Below are positions 63,280 to 64,000 of a stretch of DNA of 64,000 nucleotides, piece by piece; positions within the stretch are counted from its first letter, which is position 1; every line of letters begins with the position of its first letter. The position numbers were made by a program, and so were the translations under genes. This DNA is from Pavona decussata (lineage: Eukaryota). The stretch spans positions 1,426,001-1,490,000 of the forward strand of contig CDRNST010000027.1 of the NCBI GenBank assembly GCA_977016875.1, read 5' to 3'. Below the pieces are notes generated by a model. It made no database searches. It saw nothing but the letters and a program-made list of their open reading frames with translations, and had not been told where the DNA came from.

Positions 63280-64000
63280 TATTTGATTCCTTATATCTCC
63301 AATAAATTTTCTTCAGTTGTTGCCGATGTTGTTATTGTTGTTATCACGACTACCATTTTTGAATTACAGAAAATGTTTACGCCAACGCGAGCAAACCTGC
63401 GAAATTCACACCCATGCCTTGAGTGCTAAAGTTATTTAATTCGATGCTTTTCAAAAGTTTTGCTGCGTCACAAAATTTTGTGAACACAGCATTCCCTATT
63501 CGAAAACCTTCCCAAAGGCACGCCATTCCTTCTACTCTGAATAAACCGTATTCCGTTTATTCTGTTATCGGAGGCAGAATGAAAGGAATACAATTCTGTT
63601 CAAAAGCAATCGCGTCTTGCTCGCACGCGTTTCCTGCAATTCGTTGATGTATTTGCTTCGAGTTTTGATTGGTTCATTGCGCTGTTCACGTTTGATGTGA
63701 TTGGCCAGAGAAATTTCAAAACTTCAAAAGCCCATATCTCGTTAACCCATAATGTAACCTCAAATTTGGATTTTACTCCACGCACAGGCGGCGTCCCTTT
63801 GACTGCGAAAAAAAAACACTTTGGAATTTAGACTAAAGACTTCATTTTTGGCAAAAAAAGGTTCCTTTTAAAAGTACTCTCAACTTGAGTGTTTAGCTTG
63901 AAAGCTTCTCATGTCCCCGTGATTAATTTCTTTATCAGTTCTGTTCTTCCTGTTAACGTAAGAAGTTTGATCATCATAAAATCAAAAATAGTCGAGTAAC

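Overview
This is AT-rich eukaryotic DNA, most likely from a scleractinian coral; that assignment is inferred from the repeat families and gene content. Four genes look intact: an intronless GT92-family glycosyltransferase (4234-5559, -), a five-exon secreted CUB-domain protein that I reconstructed by hand because the ORF track misses it (19817->16476, -), and two paralogous class A GPCRs (41517-42512 and 60718-61731, +). The rest is mostly repeats: TIR MITEs, nested Kolobok-type and TA-targeting transposons, a Helentron-like element, L1/Tx1 and CR1/L2 remnants, Penelope-like element (PLE) fragments, tRNA-derived repeats, satellites and decayed ORFs. The most striking pattern is a recurring fold-back structure built from PLE 3' tails that carry hammerhead ribozyme motifs (15.2 kb, 27.0 kb, 60.2 kb). 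The 27.0-kb copy has a canonical type I hammerhead. A circularly permuted tRNA-containing unit has inserted into the tail of that copy with the same inverted-plus-partial-tandem geometry. Both insertions have their own target-site duplications, and an empty-site copy of the outer (PLE) target sits immediately beside them. All calls were made by eye; no searches were run.
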